DNA from: a virus
DNA length: 64,000 nucleotides
Strand: one strand, 5' to 3'
Virus record (IMG/VR): IMGVR_UViG_3300013126_000010
Span: 32,001 to 96,000 of that record
The position numbers and the translations under genes were made by a program. The stretch's first letter is position 1. Each line of letters begins with the position of its first letter. Shown one piece after another: positions 10,901 through 21,494 of this stretch. A model generated the notes under the pieces. The model made no database searches and was not told where the DNA came from. It saw only the letters and a program-made list of their open reading frames with translations.

Positions 10901-13900
10901 CATACCCATTATCAAGAACATTTTCAATGAATGTGTTGTCGAATAATGCTGTATTAGTATACTTGAATGGTGTTCAACTATTGCATGGTACTGATTATGT
11001 ATTTTATGATGATTTTGTTGATATTTCCACACAACTTGCTGAAGATGATGTAATTACAGTATTTGAGTATGACTCTACGGACGGTTCATGTTGTCCACCA
11101 ACACCAACTAAATTAGGGTTATATCCAAAATTTGAACCTAAAATTTATATTGATAATACTTATTTAGAACCAACAAAAGTAATTCAAGGGCACGATGGAA
11201 GTATCACAGTGGCATTTAATGACTACAGGGATGATTTAATATTAGAATTAGAAAAACGCATTTATAATAATATTAAAATTAGTTACAATGCGTCGATGTT
11301 TGATATTAATGATTATATCCCAGGATATAATAGAACAACTGATTATACTCGTGAAGAAGTGAATGAAATAATTAGCCAGTCATTCTATCAATGGACCGGT
11401 TTGGTAATTGTAGATTTCACAAAAAATCAAGCATTTGATAGAGAAAATCCATTTACATATAACTATTTTGAAAATTATGCACCGAATGGAACAAATATAC
11501 CATCATATTGGAGAGGTATATTTAACTGGATGTATGATACAGATAGACCACATCTGTGCCCATGGGAAATGCTAGGGTTTTCAGAAATACCAGTATGGTG
11601 GGAGTCAACGTATGGTCCTGCTCCGTATACTAGTAATAATGAAATATTATGGGATGATATTAAACAGGGGATAATTAGAGAACCTGGACGACCTGTAGTG
11701 GTTAATGAAAAGTATATTAGATCCGTATTAGAATTTGGGTTACCTGTTGATGAAAATGGGTCGTTGGTCGATCCTATTCAATCAGGGATTGCATTAGGTG
11801 TGGTAAACATGTCTGGTAATTCTCATTTTATAATTGGTGATGGTAGCCCCGTAGAAACAACATGGAAAAAGTCTAGTTATTTTCCCTTTGCATTATTACG
11901 TGCTATATTGGTAATGAAACCAAATGATGTAATAGGTAAATGTTTTGATAGAAGTAGAATCCATAAAAATATTGTTGGACAATATGTATATACTACTGGT
12001 AAAAGAATTATATTGCAGGATTTGGTTATACCATCTACTTATACAAGTGATAATCGTGTACAAACATCCGGTTTGGTAAATTATTTGGTTGAATTTATTA
12101 ATAGTGAAGTCCAAGTAAGATTAACAGATTATATTTCTGATTTACAATTATTAACTAATAATATCAGTTCAAAGATGGGAGGATTTAGTTCAAAAGAAAA
12201 ATATAGATTATTGATGGACTCTAAATCACCAACAACTCCAAGTGGAAATTTTGTACCAGAGGAAAATTATCAGATATTTCTGAATACATCATCAGTGGTG
12301 AGAAAAGCAGTATATAGTGGTGTAGTTATAACCAAGACTTCGGAAGGATTTGAAGTAAAAGGATATAGTATTGATACTCCGTATTTTAATGTGAACCCAT
12401 TTTTGGATTCTGGTAGAACTATCCGAATCGGTGGGATATCAGAAAGCTTCGTTGAATGGACACCAAGTACATATTATGTGGCAGGTAAAGTAATTGACAA
12501 TAATGGAAGGTATTATAGAGTTAATACTACCCATCGTTCAGGTGATGCATTCGAACCAAGTTATTTTAACGTCATGGCTGAATTACCAGTATATGGTGGC
12601 GCAGAAGTTACTCTACGTAAATCGTGGGACACCAGAATATCTACTGTGGTGAATTATGGTACATTGTTAGATACTGTTCAAGATGTTGCTGACTTTTTAC
12701 AAGGATATGGATCATATTTGGAAAATCAAGGATTTATATTTGATAGTTATTCATCAGATATTCAAAATGTTTACAACTGGCAGATGATGGTCAAGGAATT
12801 TCTATTTTGGACAACACAAAATTGGCCAGAAAATTCTGTTATATCATTAAGCCCATCTGCTGAAAAATTAAAATTAAAAATACCATATACTGTTGTAAAT
12901 GATATAAATGATCCATTCTTTAAGTACGAAGTTATGGATGTTAGTGGTAAGCCAATTGATTATACAAAATTGTCCACTTACCGAGATGGGTCCGAGTTTA
13001 CATTAACTAGTACAGATGCGAACATCGGTGTCTATGGTGCTACGTTATATGCGGTTCAAAAAGAGCATGTGTTAATATTAGATAACAAAACCATATTTAA
13101 TGATGTTATATATGATTTAGAGCCTGGATACCGTCAAGAACGAATCAAAGTATTAGGCTATATCTCTCGTAATTGGGATGGTGGTTTTGATATACCAGGA
13201 TTTATCTTTGATCAGGCAAACGTGTATGATTGGGAGCCATGGACAGATTATCATTTTGGTGACACTGTAAAACATAAAGAGTTTTATTATAGTGCAAAGT
13301 ATTTTATACCAGGGACAGTAGAGTTCAATGTATATGATTGGGTAAAACAATCAGACAAACCAGTTTCTAGGATGCTACCTAATTGGGATTATAAAGCTGA
13401 ACAGTTTACTGATTTTTATGATTTAGATACTGATAATTTTGATTCTCAGCAACAAAAAATGGCACAACATTTAATTGGGTATCAGAAACGTCAGTATTTG
13501 GAAAATATTATCAAAGATGACGTGAGCCAATATAAATTTTATCAAGGAATGATTATTGAGAAAGGTACTGCAAATGTGTTCAGTAAACTGTTTGACGTAT
13601 TAAGTGCTACTGATAAAAACAGTGTTGATTTTGATGAAGAATGGGCAATTAGAGTTGGTGAGTATGGTGCAGTAGATGTATTCGATACGGTTGAAATACA
13701 ACTAGATGAGACTAAATTTGTAATGAACCCACAAGGTATTGAGTTTGTACCAGCGATTATTCCTGACATTCAAGATCATATCTACAGGTTTACCAAGGAT
13801 TCTATCTACATAAATCCTAAAGACGTAGATGATAATACAGTTGTTAAATGGAAAGAAAAAATACAATCTGGTACATTACGTACTCCTGGATATGTTAGAT

Positions 13901-16900
13901 ATGATGATGTTGATTATAGTATTGATAAATTAGAAGATTTATTAGACACTGATGTTAATTTATATTCAGAGCATCAGATATTCTGGTGTGCGTTTAATGA
14001 TAAATTACATGATTCTAATTTTAGATATTGGGATGTATATAGTTTTGAAAAGTATATAGGAACATGGACCTCGATTTGTGAAGAATCACAGGTTATGAAA
14101 ATATCATTAGATCCGCTGTCACTTATTAATATATCAGCTGGCGATGTTATTGGTATTAAATCAGGCAATTTTACTAAATTCGTTATAGCTGATATTAATA
14201 CTACTAGTGATACATTAACTATCGTTGATAATAATTTTTCTATTAATGATACATTATCAAACATTGAAATATATGTTTTTAATTCATTGAGATATGGTAA
14301 CCAGTTATCTCAGAGTGACTTTGTATCACAAATGAGCCAATGGAATCCATCAGTAAAATATATATGGGGTGATTGGGTACAAAATGGTGTGACACAAGGT
14401 TGGGAAGTATACAAAAATAATGGATCATTATTTGATAATACTATTTTGTATTCTGTTGATGATATTGTAGTTTACAATAATTCATATTATATTGTTATTG
14501 CAGAAAGTATAGGACATTTACCAACTGATACATCTTATTTTGAATTATATGTTGGTGATAAATGGTCCATTCATCATTCAAGTGAATGGACCATAGACTC
14601 ATCTATTATCAAAAAGGCGTATTTGTATAATAAAGATACGAGTGAGTTAGTCAGATATATTGATTTAGTAGATGTTGTCAATGGTAAGATACCTGGGATA
14701 GCTGATCAAGAAATAAAATATAAAATGTATAATGACCCAGCGGTATATTCCGTTGGAACAGCAAACGTTAAAGTATTACCAGAAGCTAATTGGGGGGCAA
14801 CTCAAGTAGGACAGCTGTGGTGGGATTTGACACGTGCCAAATTCATTGTAAGCAACGACAATGAAATTGAATATAGAACTAATACATGGAATCAATTGTA
14901 TAAATCTGCTAGTATTGATATATTTGAATGGGTTGAATCATCTATCCTCCCAGCAGATTGGGATGATTTAGATGGTACAGAAGAAGGATTGGCGCTTGGA
15001 ATAAGTGGAAGATCAAAATATGGAAATTCTTCTTACTCAGTTGTCACAAAGTTTGATAATGTAACAGGGATCTATTACAACACCTATTATTTTTGGGTTA
15101 AGGGAAAACAAATTACACCAAACGTGGGATTTAGAAATATAGATGCATACAATGTTGCAGCTATCATTGGTAGCCCAGAAAATACTGGATATCCTTGTAT
15201 ATCAGTAACCAGTACGTCATCATTTATATTAACAAATATAGAACAATACCTGGACCAAACTAACATCATATTAGTTATTGAATACTGGAATGTAGATAAA
15301 GTAGACGCTAATTATCATACAGAATGGAAATTGGTGAGTGAAAACATTAATACGGAGTTACCAACGCACATTGAGCAAAAGTGGATTGATAGTTTAATTG
15401 GTTATGATTATAATGAGAATCGTATACCGGATTACTCACTAAAACCAAAACAACGGTATGGTATTGAAAATAAACCACGTCAGTCAATGTTTATTAATAG
15501 GTTGGAAGCACTTAAACAGGTTATTGAACGAACTAATAATGTATTAAAGACTAATTTAATAGCAGATGATTTTGATTTGTCGCCGTTAATGAAATATGAT
15601 TTGCCACCATCATCGGTGTCTGGTAAATGGGATGTAACGGTTGATTACGACACAGAACTTCAGTATATTGGAACGGCATTATTAAAACAAGCAGAAATAT
15701 CCTTATATATTGTTGATGGTAGAATAGAGGCTGTTAATATAACAGATCCTGGATATGGCTATGTAAACCCACCAGAAGTTGTTATTGCTGGTAATAATGG
15801 ATGTAATAATCAAGCGAAAATTATTTTAACATTGGATAACAACGGGTCGGTATCAACTGCTGAAATCATTGATCATGGTGAAAATTACACTGACGAAACT
15901 GTTGCGACTATTAGACGATTTGCAGTATTGGTTCTAAGTGATAGCCAGAATGAAGACAGATGGGTTATTAGACATTGGTATGAAAATTATAAAAGCTGGT
16001 TGGTACGTCAGGTACGAAAATATGACGTAAGAAAGTGTTGGTATTATATTGACTGGTACGCTACTGGTTATAATCAATTTACTAGTATAAACCATGTAGT
16101 TGATAATACTTCACAATTATATACCAGTTCACATAATATTGGTGATATTGTTAAAGTAAAAAACATTGGAACTGGTGGATGGTTATTATTACAAAAGTAT
16201 AATGAGTTAGTTACTACAGATTATACTAAAATATATAATGTTATTGGTAGGGAAAATGGAACTATCCAATTCTCTGATATATTGTATGATTATGATACTA
16301 ATATATTTCCAGGAACTATCCAAAATCCAGACCCATATGCATTCAATTTACGAAATGAATTGAGAGTTATATTGTCGGCAATAAAAGATAATTTATTAGT
16401 TGATAATTTACGTATTGAATATTTGAAATTATTTTTTGCATCAGTTCGTTATATACTATCTGAACAAATATACACTGACTGGATATTTAAATCATCATTT
16501 ATTAAAGTTACGCATAATGTTGGAGAATTAAAACAAAAAGTAACGTATAATAGTGACAACTTGGAAAGTTTTGAAGATTATATAAATGAAATTAAACCAT
16601 ATAGAACCAAAATTCGTGAATATGTAAGCGTGTATGATGGTTATGATAACTCTAATTCTAATATAACTGATTTTGATTTTCCATCGGTGGTTACATCAGA
16701 CAATATTTACGCCACGATCAATAATTATGTAAGTGAAGATGGAACATTAGTAGTAGATGATAACTATTATACTAATATTAGTCCATGGAAATCATGGTAT
16801 GATAATATAGGATTTAAAGTATCATCGATTAATATCATAGATGGCGGGTCAGGCTATACCAAAGCACCAATAGTAAGATTTATTGGTGGTTATGGAAAGA

Positions 16901-19900
16901 ACGCAGAAGCGACTGCATTTATTTCAAGAGGAAAAGTTAACCGAATAGTATTGGACAATCCTGGGACTGGGTATTTAAGTGCACCAATTATTGTATTGGA
17001 TGGTGGTGTATCATCAGCCGGTGTTACCGCACGTGCAAGTGTAACAATAGAATCAGAAGCTGCTAGGTCAACCAAGATCACCATGAAGTATGATAGGGTT
17101 GCTAAAGGCTATTCTATAACTGATTTATTATATAACGAAACCTTTACTGGAACAGGTACACGACAACAGTTCAAATTAATATTCGCGCCAGATTTGAGAG
17201 TTAATACAGCATCAGTATATGTTGATGGTGTAGAACAATTGCATAATAGCTATTATGTTGCAGTAAAAACTGACACATCAATGGGATATACAAGGTATTA
17301 TGGTACCTTAACATTGGTGACAGCACCTAGAAAAAATAGTGTTATTGAAATAACTTATTTAAAAAATATTGAATACTTGAATGCCAATGATAGAATACAG
17401 TTTAATTACAACCCATCATATGGTAATCCAGGGAAAGATTTATCATTATTAATGAAAGGTATTGATTATGGTGGTGTAATAGTAACTGGTGGTGGTTTTC
17501 AATTTGCGAATGGATGGGACAGTATACCATGGGATAGTGATGAATGGGATGCATTTGACCCAGGATATGATAATTGGTCAATATCTGTACCAAGGGATAC
17601 CGGTATAATTCAATTGCCATATACTCCAGATGTTGGCGAAAAAGTTAATGTATATGTTAATAATATCAGAGTTGATGAACCAACTTTTGTAGCACCACAT
17701 GAAAACATCATTATGGGAACAATTGTTGGTGATGGATTAAAAAATTCTTTCACTATTCCTGGAGATATTCCATCAACAATATATGACATTGGTCAACAAT
17801 ATAATAATAATTTGGTAGTATCAGATTACACTGATAGAAATATAATTATTATTGGTGGTGGTTCGGTCCAAATACCAGCTGGTCAAACAGTAATGGTTGA
17901 CACTTTTTCAAAATATAGTACTACATCAATTCGTTATGATATTGCATATTCTAATGCAGGGGTGTACGGGTATATTGAATTAATATTGATTAATAATCCA
18001 TATACTGCATCAAGTGTCAATGGTAACACAATAGTGTATGGTGGTGGCGGTGCAACCCCTGAGATCGATCTTGGTTTCATGAGATTAACAGTTGAGCAAG
18101 ATCCTTTATCATCGAGTGATATATTATTAAATGTTCATGCAACCAATACAGTTATCGTAACTTACACAAAGTGGGATTTTTCCAAAGGTGGTATTTATAA
18201 TGAAGTGACGAGTAGAATAAATGACCCATTGTTTGAAATTTCAAGTGACAGTTTAACCATCTATGAAATGGAGGAAACAGTTATTGACGAATTTGATAAA
18301 AATGAATTTTATAGTGGATGTTATTATATTCAATTAGTAAGCGACTCGTTTGTCCAATTATTAGAAGTTGAGTTGGTGCACAATGGTGTGGATATTAATA
18401 TCGATATTATATCCACAGATGGTGATATTATTTTAGATACTATGCAAAATGGTGATTCATGGATATCAAGTTATATTGAAAACGATAATATATTATTGTC
18501 ATTAAAAACCATATATGATAAAGTTACCGTAGTTTATTCTAGAGTAATGTTACCATCACTGACAATTAGAGAAGTTGATATAACCGATGTAAGAAGATTA
18601 TCGTCAGATGGTGAATATGCAATAATACCATTTCAATATCAATCGACTAGTACAACACGTGTATTAGTCGATTCATTTGATTTTGGTCATTATGCATACT
18701 GTGATTTTCAAATACAGTTAATTGGATCAGTGGCTACCCAAGTATATGATATTGATGTATTTATTGATCCAAATATAATAGGTACATTTGAGTTTGTGGT
18801 AAAAAACAATACATATGTTGGTAGGGAATGTGGGTACTTTACTGGATCATTGAATGGAGATTCTTTTGAATTATATTTTACACCATATGAGGCGAATGTT
18901 CAGATTACTGGAGTAAAACGGTTATTGGGTAGACCTGGGGTACCTAACATTAATCAACAAGATGAACTTGGATTAGACAATCTATTTAATATAATGTTTA
19001 TAAAACAAACATCTGATGGTGGTGTATCAACTAACCCATATATTGATGAATATGAATTGGGGTTATATGATTATGATGTGCGATTAATTGGTGGAATATT
19101 CGAGGATAGTACGGTTATTGGATATAAACCAGATGATGTTATCACAGATGGGGATGGTTTTATTACACCATCAACCAGTTATGCACCTGAAGAATTATTA
19201 CCTGGGCATATGGCTGATTCTGTTGCTATTAAGGTTTATCAATTACCAACTAGTGGCTCACCAAAAGTAATTAATAATAGATACATACCAGATGGTACAA
19301 CTACTGTATATAGCTACGGACAGGATGTACCAACTGGTAATCATGTGATAGTAACACAGCGCCGTAGTGTGTCTGGAAAAATTAAGAATGTTACTATACC
19401 GTCATCTGATTATGTGCTTGATACGTCGAATCATACAGTAGTATTTAATGTTGCACCAACTGGTGATGCTATAACCGTATCTAGTTTTGGATTTAATTCA
19501 TATATGTTACTGGATACAGACATTATAACTATCAACAAGGCCACTGATGTTATTGTAACCAATGCTCCGTGGATGTTAGGAAATGTGAAAGCAACAGTAC
19601 TTGTCAATGGCAACACATACCAATATGAATTGTTTAGAACGACTGAAAAAGAGCAAAAAATAGAAGTGACTGGGATTAGATTTGGAGCTAAATTACCAAA
19701 GAATACTATTGTTCAGTATATGATTGAACAAAGTGATACTGGTAATATTAATACCAGTACTACTAGTGTAATGGATATCGATACCACTCAATCATATACC
19801 GGACCTGCGGATTATGTTATGAGTGTATCAGCAATATCACCAAACGTGTTGGTGTTGATAGATGATGTACTGTTAAGTCCTGGCAAAGTAGTCACCAAAG

Positions 19901-21489
19901 AAGTAACTCAGAATGATATGTCGGTTAGAATACCAGAATATATGGTCTCAGCATATGAATTAAATTATTCAAATGTTGAAGTATATAGTCATACAAAACA
20001 ACTGCGTTATATTACAGATTATAATATCGAATCAGCATCTGGTGTAATAATATTGACTGAAACGGTATCACCAGGATTAATAACGGTATTGGTCAAAGAT
20101 GCTACTTGTGAATATACAATAAGTGATATGACACTAACTATAACCAAGAATCTACCAGCAGGTAACATGAAAATAATAAGTTTTTATGATTATGGATTAT
20201 TGGAATTAGATAGACGAGTTGATTCAATTTCATCAGCAACTAATATAATAACAAACCCAGTGGATCAAGCAATCTTCACCGGAATGCAACATGGTATATT
20301 TGTGTTGAAAAAACCAGTATTATCATTAGATTATATTTGGGTATCGAAAAACGGGAATATTTTAACCAGAAATATCGATTATACAATAAATGTAGATCTT
20401 ATAAAAATCACATTAACAGATGCATTACTTCCAACGGATGTTGTTCAAATTATCACATTTAGTAATAATATTATTAAAGCATCGTTAGGATTTATGCAAT
20501 TTAAAGATATTTTGAATAGGGACCACTATAAAAGACTAGATGGAACGATGGTAACATCTTTGGCAATGGATTTGGCACAATTTGATACAACAATCTATGT
20601 GGAAGATGGTAGTAAATTAGATGACCCAACCCCTGCAGTGACCGAGAATCAGGTTACTATAATAAATGGTCAACCATTTACACATGCTGTTTCTACTTCT
20701 CCAATTCCAGGAATTATTGAAATTAATGGCGAACGAATTGAATATTTTACAAAGAATGGCAATGAATTGTCTGATTTACGAAGAGGAACATTGGGGACTA
20801 GCTCACCGACTATCCATAAAATACAAACTAATGTGTTGAATATGGGTAGATCAGAAACTATTCCGTATAATGATTTAAATAACATTGAATCGTTTGTTAC
20901 TAAACGTAAAACTAGAATAGTTCCAGTCTCATTTATTCCACGTAGAAGATGTGATAATCCACGAAATGTAGTGAATGTAAGCCACTTATCAGAAATTTTA
21001 GAACCATCCGCCTATACATATTATTTTGTTGATGGTGGTACTGAGTTGTGGTTCTATCATAATGGTCAATGGGATGTAGTAAATCAATATTCAGTAACCG
21101 ATGATGTTGAAGTATTTGTTGGTGGTGTTAGGTTGAAAAAAGATTGGTATACTACATACGGTAATACCAATTACCCATATAGTCCAGAAGGTGATATCGA
21201 ACATACACCAGAGTTTATGGTAAATGGTACTGGATATTATATAAAATTAACAAAGAGTGTTCCCAAAGGAGTAGGAATAACAGTAGTCAGAAAAACAGGT
21301 AAAGAATGGTATGATATGAATAATGAAGATTTGTCTACTGCTAATAATAATATTGCTAGATTTATTAGATCGGTGGAGTCATCATGGCCACAATATTTAG
21401 TTGATAAATACCAATATATAGTAGCAATGGATTCTAATATATCTTTAGAATCTGATGGTACAACATCTGACATTATTGAACTGGATTAA
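7909..21489 (+). CDS. giant (4526 aa) baseplate wedge/structural protein, gp7-like position
   Basis: Uninterrupted ORF translationally coupled to gp6 (TAATG). N-terminus RRTASLLPQVYRTDSNRKFLQSTLDQL; contains DGGSGY-type repeats and Ig-like repeats. Confidence 0.75.
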   Translation: MSYNDQNEQGLPAGSSQKRRTASLLPQVYRTDSNRKFLQSTLDQLTQPGTVKKINGYIGRQYSKSTTSSDIFLTTTDAERSSYQLEPAAVIKDELGNVKFYKDYIDHINHIELFNGNTKNHARINDEQVYSWNPHIDFDKFTNYQNYYWMPYGPKPINVYGALGDIETTMPVSIVDDGDNFSYVFDKEIQTRNPELVLYRGQTYIFDIISKNNPFYIKTSRLTGIDDIYAGNILNNGIESGKLTITIDRNTPNILYYVSKNDENLSGVIRILDLDENSSLNVETDILYKSSYKMQNGYYLSNGMKLKFHGNITPTKYSTGYWYVEGVGSNIQLISENDIALPSTIRNSKFDYDPFDSTAFDMQKSFPHGKDYIVINRASMDRNAWSRSNRWFHQDVIIQSAELNNVSPDLDQSFRAIRPIIEFEPNIKLVNFGHKCKSDIDLIDFETKDVFSTIEGSLTHYVDGVKLANGMRVIFAADTDSMVNGKIYKVEYVTINVPGRTVGFSIAGVNIGDNTISFTESHGFQDGIQITYVNNGFPDLGGLINRNIYFVKVISEKVIKLFKDVGLQIPVYISSLGTNSSLVQQSFEIYLGRRRQIMLIEEEDTNPLTNEIVLVKNGKSNIGKIFWYNGTNWTQGQEKNSTNQSPLFDVFDSNKQSYMDATVYPSSTFIGTKLFSYKSGTGLIDTELGFPLTYRSINNIGDISFDFNLLSDSFNYTTGSKLISHNISDGYLQRIKTLEDVDYINGWDLCSVSDIQGIIRIYKNTTITSDFLIDVFDTIPADNDLRVKVYKNGVKLSNSEYSVESKNYKKYVVLSTPALASDIITLKLYSTRYKNENGFYEIPISLQNNPLNNDITQFTLGQVVDHVNGITENIPGFDGIFPGSSNLRDLAAVHQYGTRFVQHLCPMNFSLYHLGSKSANLVEAIVAAGDDYGKFKRAFLTVANQLGIHTEPKEHVDAILAEITKNKATSSSYYLSDMIAYTGTVKNEYIVLDARTTAYPLSRTFSMNVLSNNAVLVYLNGVQLLHGTDYVFYDDFVDISTQLAEDDVITVFEYDSTDGSCCPPTPTKLGLYPKFEPKIYIDNTYLEPTKVIQGHDGSITVAFNDYRDDLILELEKRIYNNIKISYNASMFDINDYIPGYNRTTDYTREEVNEIISQSFYQWTGLVIVDFTKNQAFDRENPFTYNYFENYAPNGTNIPSYWRGIFNWMYDTDRPHLCPWEMLGFSEIPVWWESTYGPAPYTSNNEILWDDIKQGIIREPGRPVVVNEKYIRSVLEFGLPVDENGSLVDPIQSGIALGVVNMSGNSHFIIGDGSPVETTWKKSSYFPFALLRAILVMKPNDVIGKCFDRSRIHKNIVGQYVYTTGKRIILQDLVIPSTYTSDNRVQTSGLVNYLVEFINSEVQVRLTDYISDLQLLTNNISSKMGGFSSKEKYRLLMDSKSPTTPSGNFVPEENYQIFLNTSSVVRKAVYSGVVITKTSEGFEVKGYSIDTPYFNVNPFLDSGRTIRIGGISESFVEWTPSTYYVAGKVIDNNGRYYRVNTTHRSGDAFEPSYFNVMAELPVYGGAEVTLRKSWDTRISTVVNYGTLLDTVQDVADFLQGYGSYLENQGFIFDSYSSDIQNVYNWQMMVKEFLFWTTQNWPENSVISLSPSAEKLKLKIPYTVVNDINDPFFKYEVMDVSGKPIDYTKLSTYRDGSEFTLTSTDANIGVYGATLYAVQKEHVLILDNKTIFNDVIYDLEPGYRQERIKVLGYISRNWDGGFDIPGFIFDQANVYDWEPWTDYHFGDTVKHKEFYYSAKYFIPGTVEFNVYDWVKQSDKPVSRMLPNWDYKAEQFTDFYDLDTDNFDSQQQKMAQHLIGYQKRQYLENIIKDDVSQYKFYQGMIIEKGTANVFSKLFDVLSATDKNSVDFDEEWAIRVGEYGAVDVFDTVEIQLDETKFVMNPQGIEFVPAIIPDIQDHIYRFTKDSIYINPKDVDDNTVVKWKEKIQSGTLRTPGYVRYDDVDYSIDKLEDLLDTDVNLYSEHQIFWCAFNDKLHDSNFRYWDVYSFEKYIGTWTSICEESQVMKISLDPLSLINISAGDVIGIKSGNFTKFVIADINTTSDTLTIVDNNFSINDTLSNIEIYVFNSLRYGNQLSQSDFVSQMSQWNPSVKYIWGDWVQNGVTQGWEVYKNNGSLFDNTILYSVDDIVVYNNSYYIVIAESIGHLPTDTSYFELYVGDKWSIHHSSEWTIDSSIIKKAYLYNKDTSELVRYIDLVDVVNGKIPGIADQEIKYKMYNDPAVYSVGTANVKVLPEANWGATQVGQLWWDLTRAKFIVSNDNEIEYRTNTWNQLYKSASIDIFEWVESSILPADWDDLDGTEEGLALGISGRSKYGNSSYSVVTKFDNVTGIYYNTYYFWVKGKQITPNVGFRNIDAYNVAAIIGSPENTGYPCISVTSTSSFILTNIEQYLDQTNIILVIEYWNVDKVDANYHTEWKLVSENINTELPTHIEQKWIDSLIGYDYNENRIPDYSLKPKQRYGIENKPRQSMFINRLEALKQVIERTNNVLKTNLIADDFDLSPLMKYDLPPSSVSGKWDVTVDYDTELQYIGTALLKQAEISLYIVDGRIEAVNITDPGYGYVNPPEVVIAGNNGCNNQAKIILTLDNNGSVSTAEIIDHGENYTDETVATIRRFAVLVLSDSQNEDRWVIRHWYENYKSWLVRQVRKYDVRKCWYYIDWYATGYNQFTSINHVVDNTSQLYTSSHNIGDIVKVKNIGTGGWLLLQKYNELVTTDYTKIYNVIGRENGTIQFSDILYDYDTNIFPGTIQNPDPYAFNLRNELRVILSAIKDNLLVDNLRIEYLKLFFASVRYILSEQIYTDWIFKSSFIKVTHNVGELKQKVTYNSDNLESFEDYINEIKPYRTKIREYVSVYDGYDNSNSNITDFDFPSVVTSDNIYATINNYVSEDGTLVVDDNYYTNISPWKSWYDNIGFKVSSINIIDGGSGYTKAPIVRFIGGYGKNAEATAFISRGKVNRIVLDNPGTGYLSAPIIVLDGGVSSAGVTARASVTIESEAARSTKITMKYDRVAKGYSITDLLYNETFTGTGTRQQFKLIFAPDLRVNTASVYVDGVEQLHNSYYVAVKTDTSMGYTRYYGTLTLVTAPRKNSVIEITYLKNIEYLNANDRIQFNYNPSYGNPGKDLSLLMKGIDYGGVIVTGGGFQFANGWDSIPWDSDEWDAFDPGYDNWSISVPRDTGIIQLPYTPDVGEKVNVYVNNIRVDEPTFVAPHENIIMGTIVGDGLKNSFTIPGDIPSTIYDIGQQYNNNLVVSDYTDRNIIIIGGGSVQIPAGQTVMVDTFSKYSTTSIRYDIAYSNAGVYGYIELILINNPYTASSVNGNTIVYGGGGATPEIDLGFMRLTVEQDPLSSSDILLNVHATNTVIVTYTKWDFSKGGIYNEVTSRINDPLFEISSDSLTIYEMEETVIDEFDKNEFYSGCYYIQLVSDSFVQLLEVELVHNGVDINIDIISTDGDIILDTMQNGDSWISSYIENDNILLSLKTIYDKVTVVYSRVMLPSLTIREVDITDVRRLSSDGEYAIIPFQYQSTSTTRVLVDSFDFGHYAYCDFQIQLIGSVATQVYDIDVFIDPNIIGTFEFVVKNNTYVGRECGYFTGSLNGDSFELYFTPYEANVQITGVKRLLGRPGVPNINQQDELGLDNLFNIMFIKQTSDGGVSTNPYIDEYELGLYDYDVRLIGGIFEDSTVIGYKPDDVITDGDGFITPSTSYAPEELLPGHMADSVAIKVYQLPTSGSPKVINNRYIPDGTTTVYSYGQDVPTGNHVIVTQRRSVSGKIKNVTIPSSDYVLDTSNHTVVFNVAPTGDAITVSSFGFNSYMLLDTDIITINKATDVIVTNAPWMLGNVKATVLVNGNTYQYELFRTTEKEQKIEVTGIRFGAKLPKNTIVQYMIEQSDTGNINTSTTSVMDIDTTQSYTGPADYVMSVSAISPNVLVLIDDVLLSPGKVVTKEVTQNDMSVRIPEYMVSAYELNYSNVEVYSHTKQLRYITDYNIESASGVIILTETVSPGLITVLVKDATCEYTISDMTLTITKNLPAGNMKIISFYDYGLLELDRRVDSISSATNIITNPVDQAIFTGMQHGIFVLKKPVLSLDYIWVSKNGNILTRNIDYTINVDLIKITLTDALLPTDVVQIITFSNNIIKASLGFMQFKDILNRDHYKRLDGTMVTSLAMDLAQFDTTIYVEDGSKLDDPTPAVTENQVTIINGQPFTHAVSTSPIPGIIEINGERIEYFTKNGNELSDLRRGTLGTSSPTIHKIQTNVLNMGRSETIPYNDLNNIESFVTKRKTRIVPVSFIPRRRCDNPRNVVNVSHLSEILEPSAYTYYFVDGGTELWFYHNGQWDVVNQYSVTDDVEVFVGGVRLKKDWYTTYGNTNYPYSPEGDIEHTPEFMVNGTGYYIKLTKSVPKGVGITVVRKTGKEWYDMNNEDLSTANNNIARFIRSVESSWPQYLVDKYQYIVAMDSNISLESDGTTSDIIELD

Positions 21490-21494
21490 TTAAT

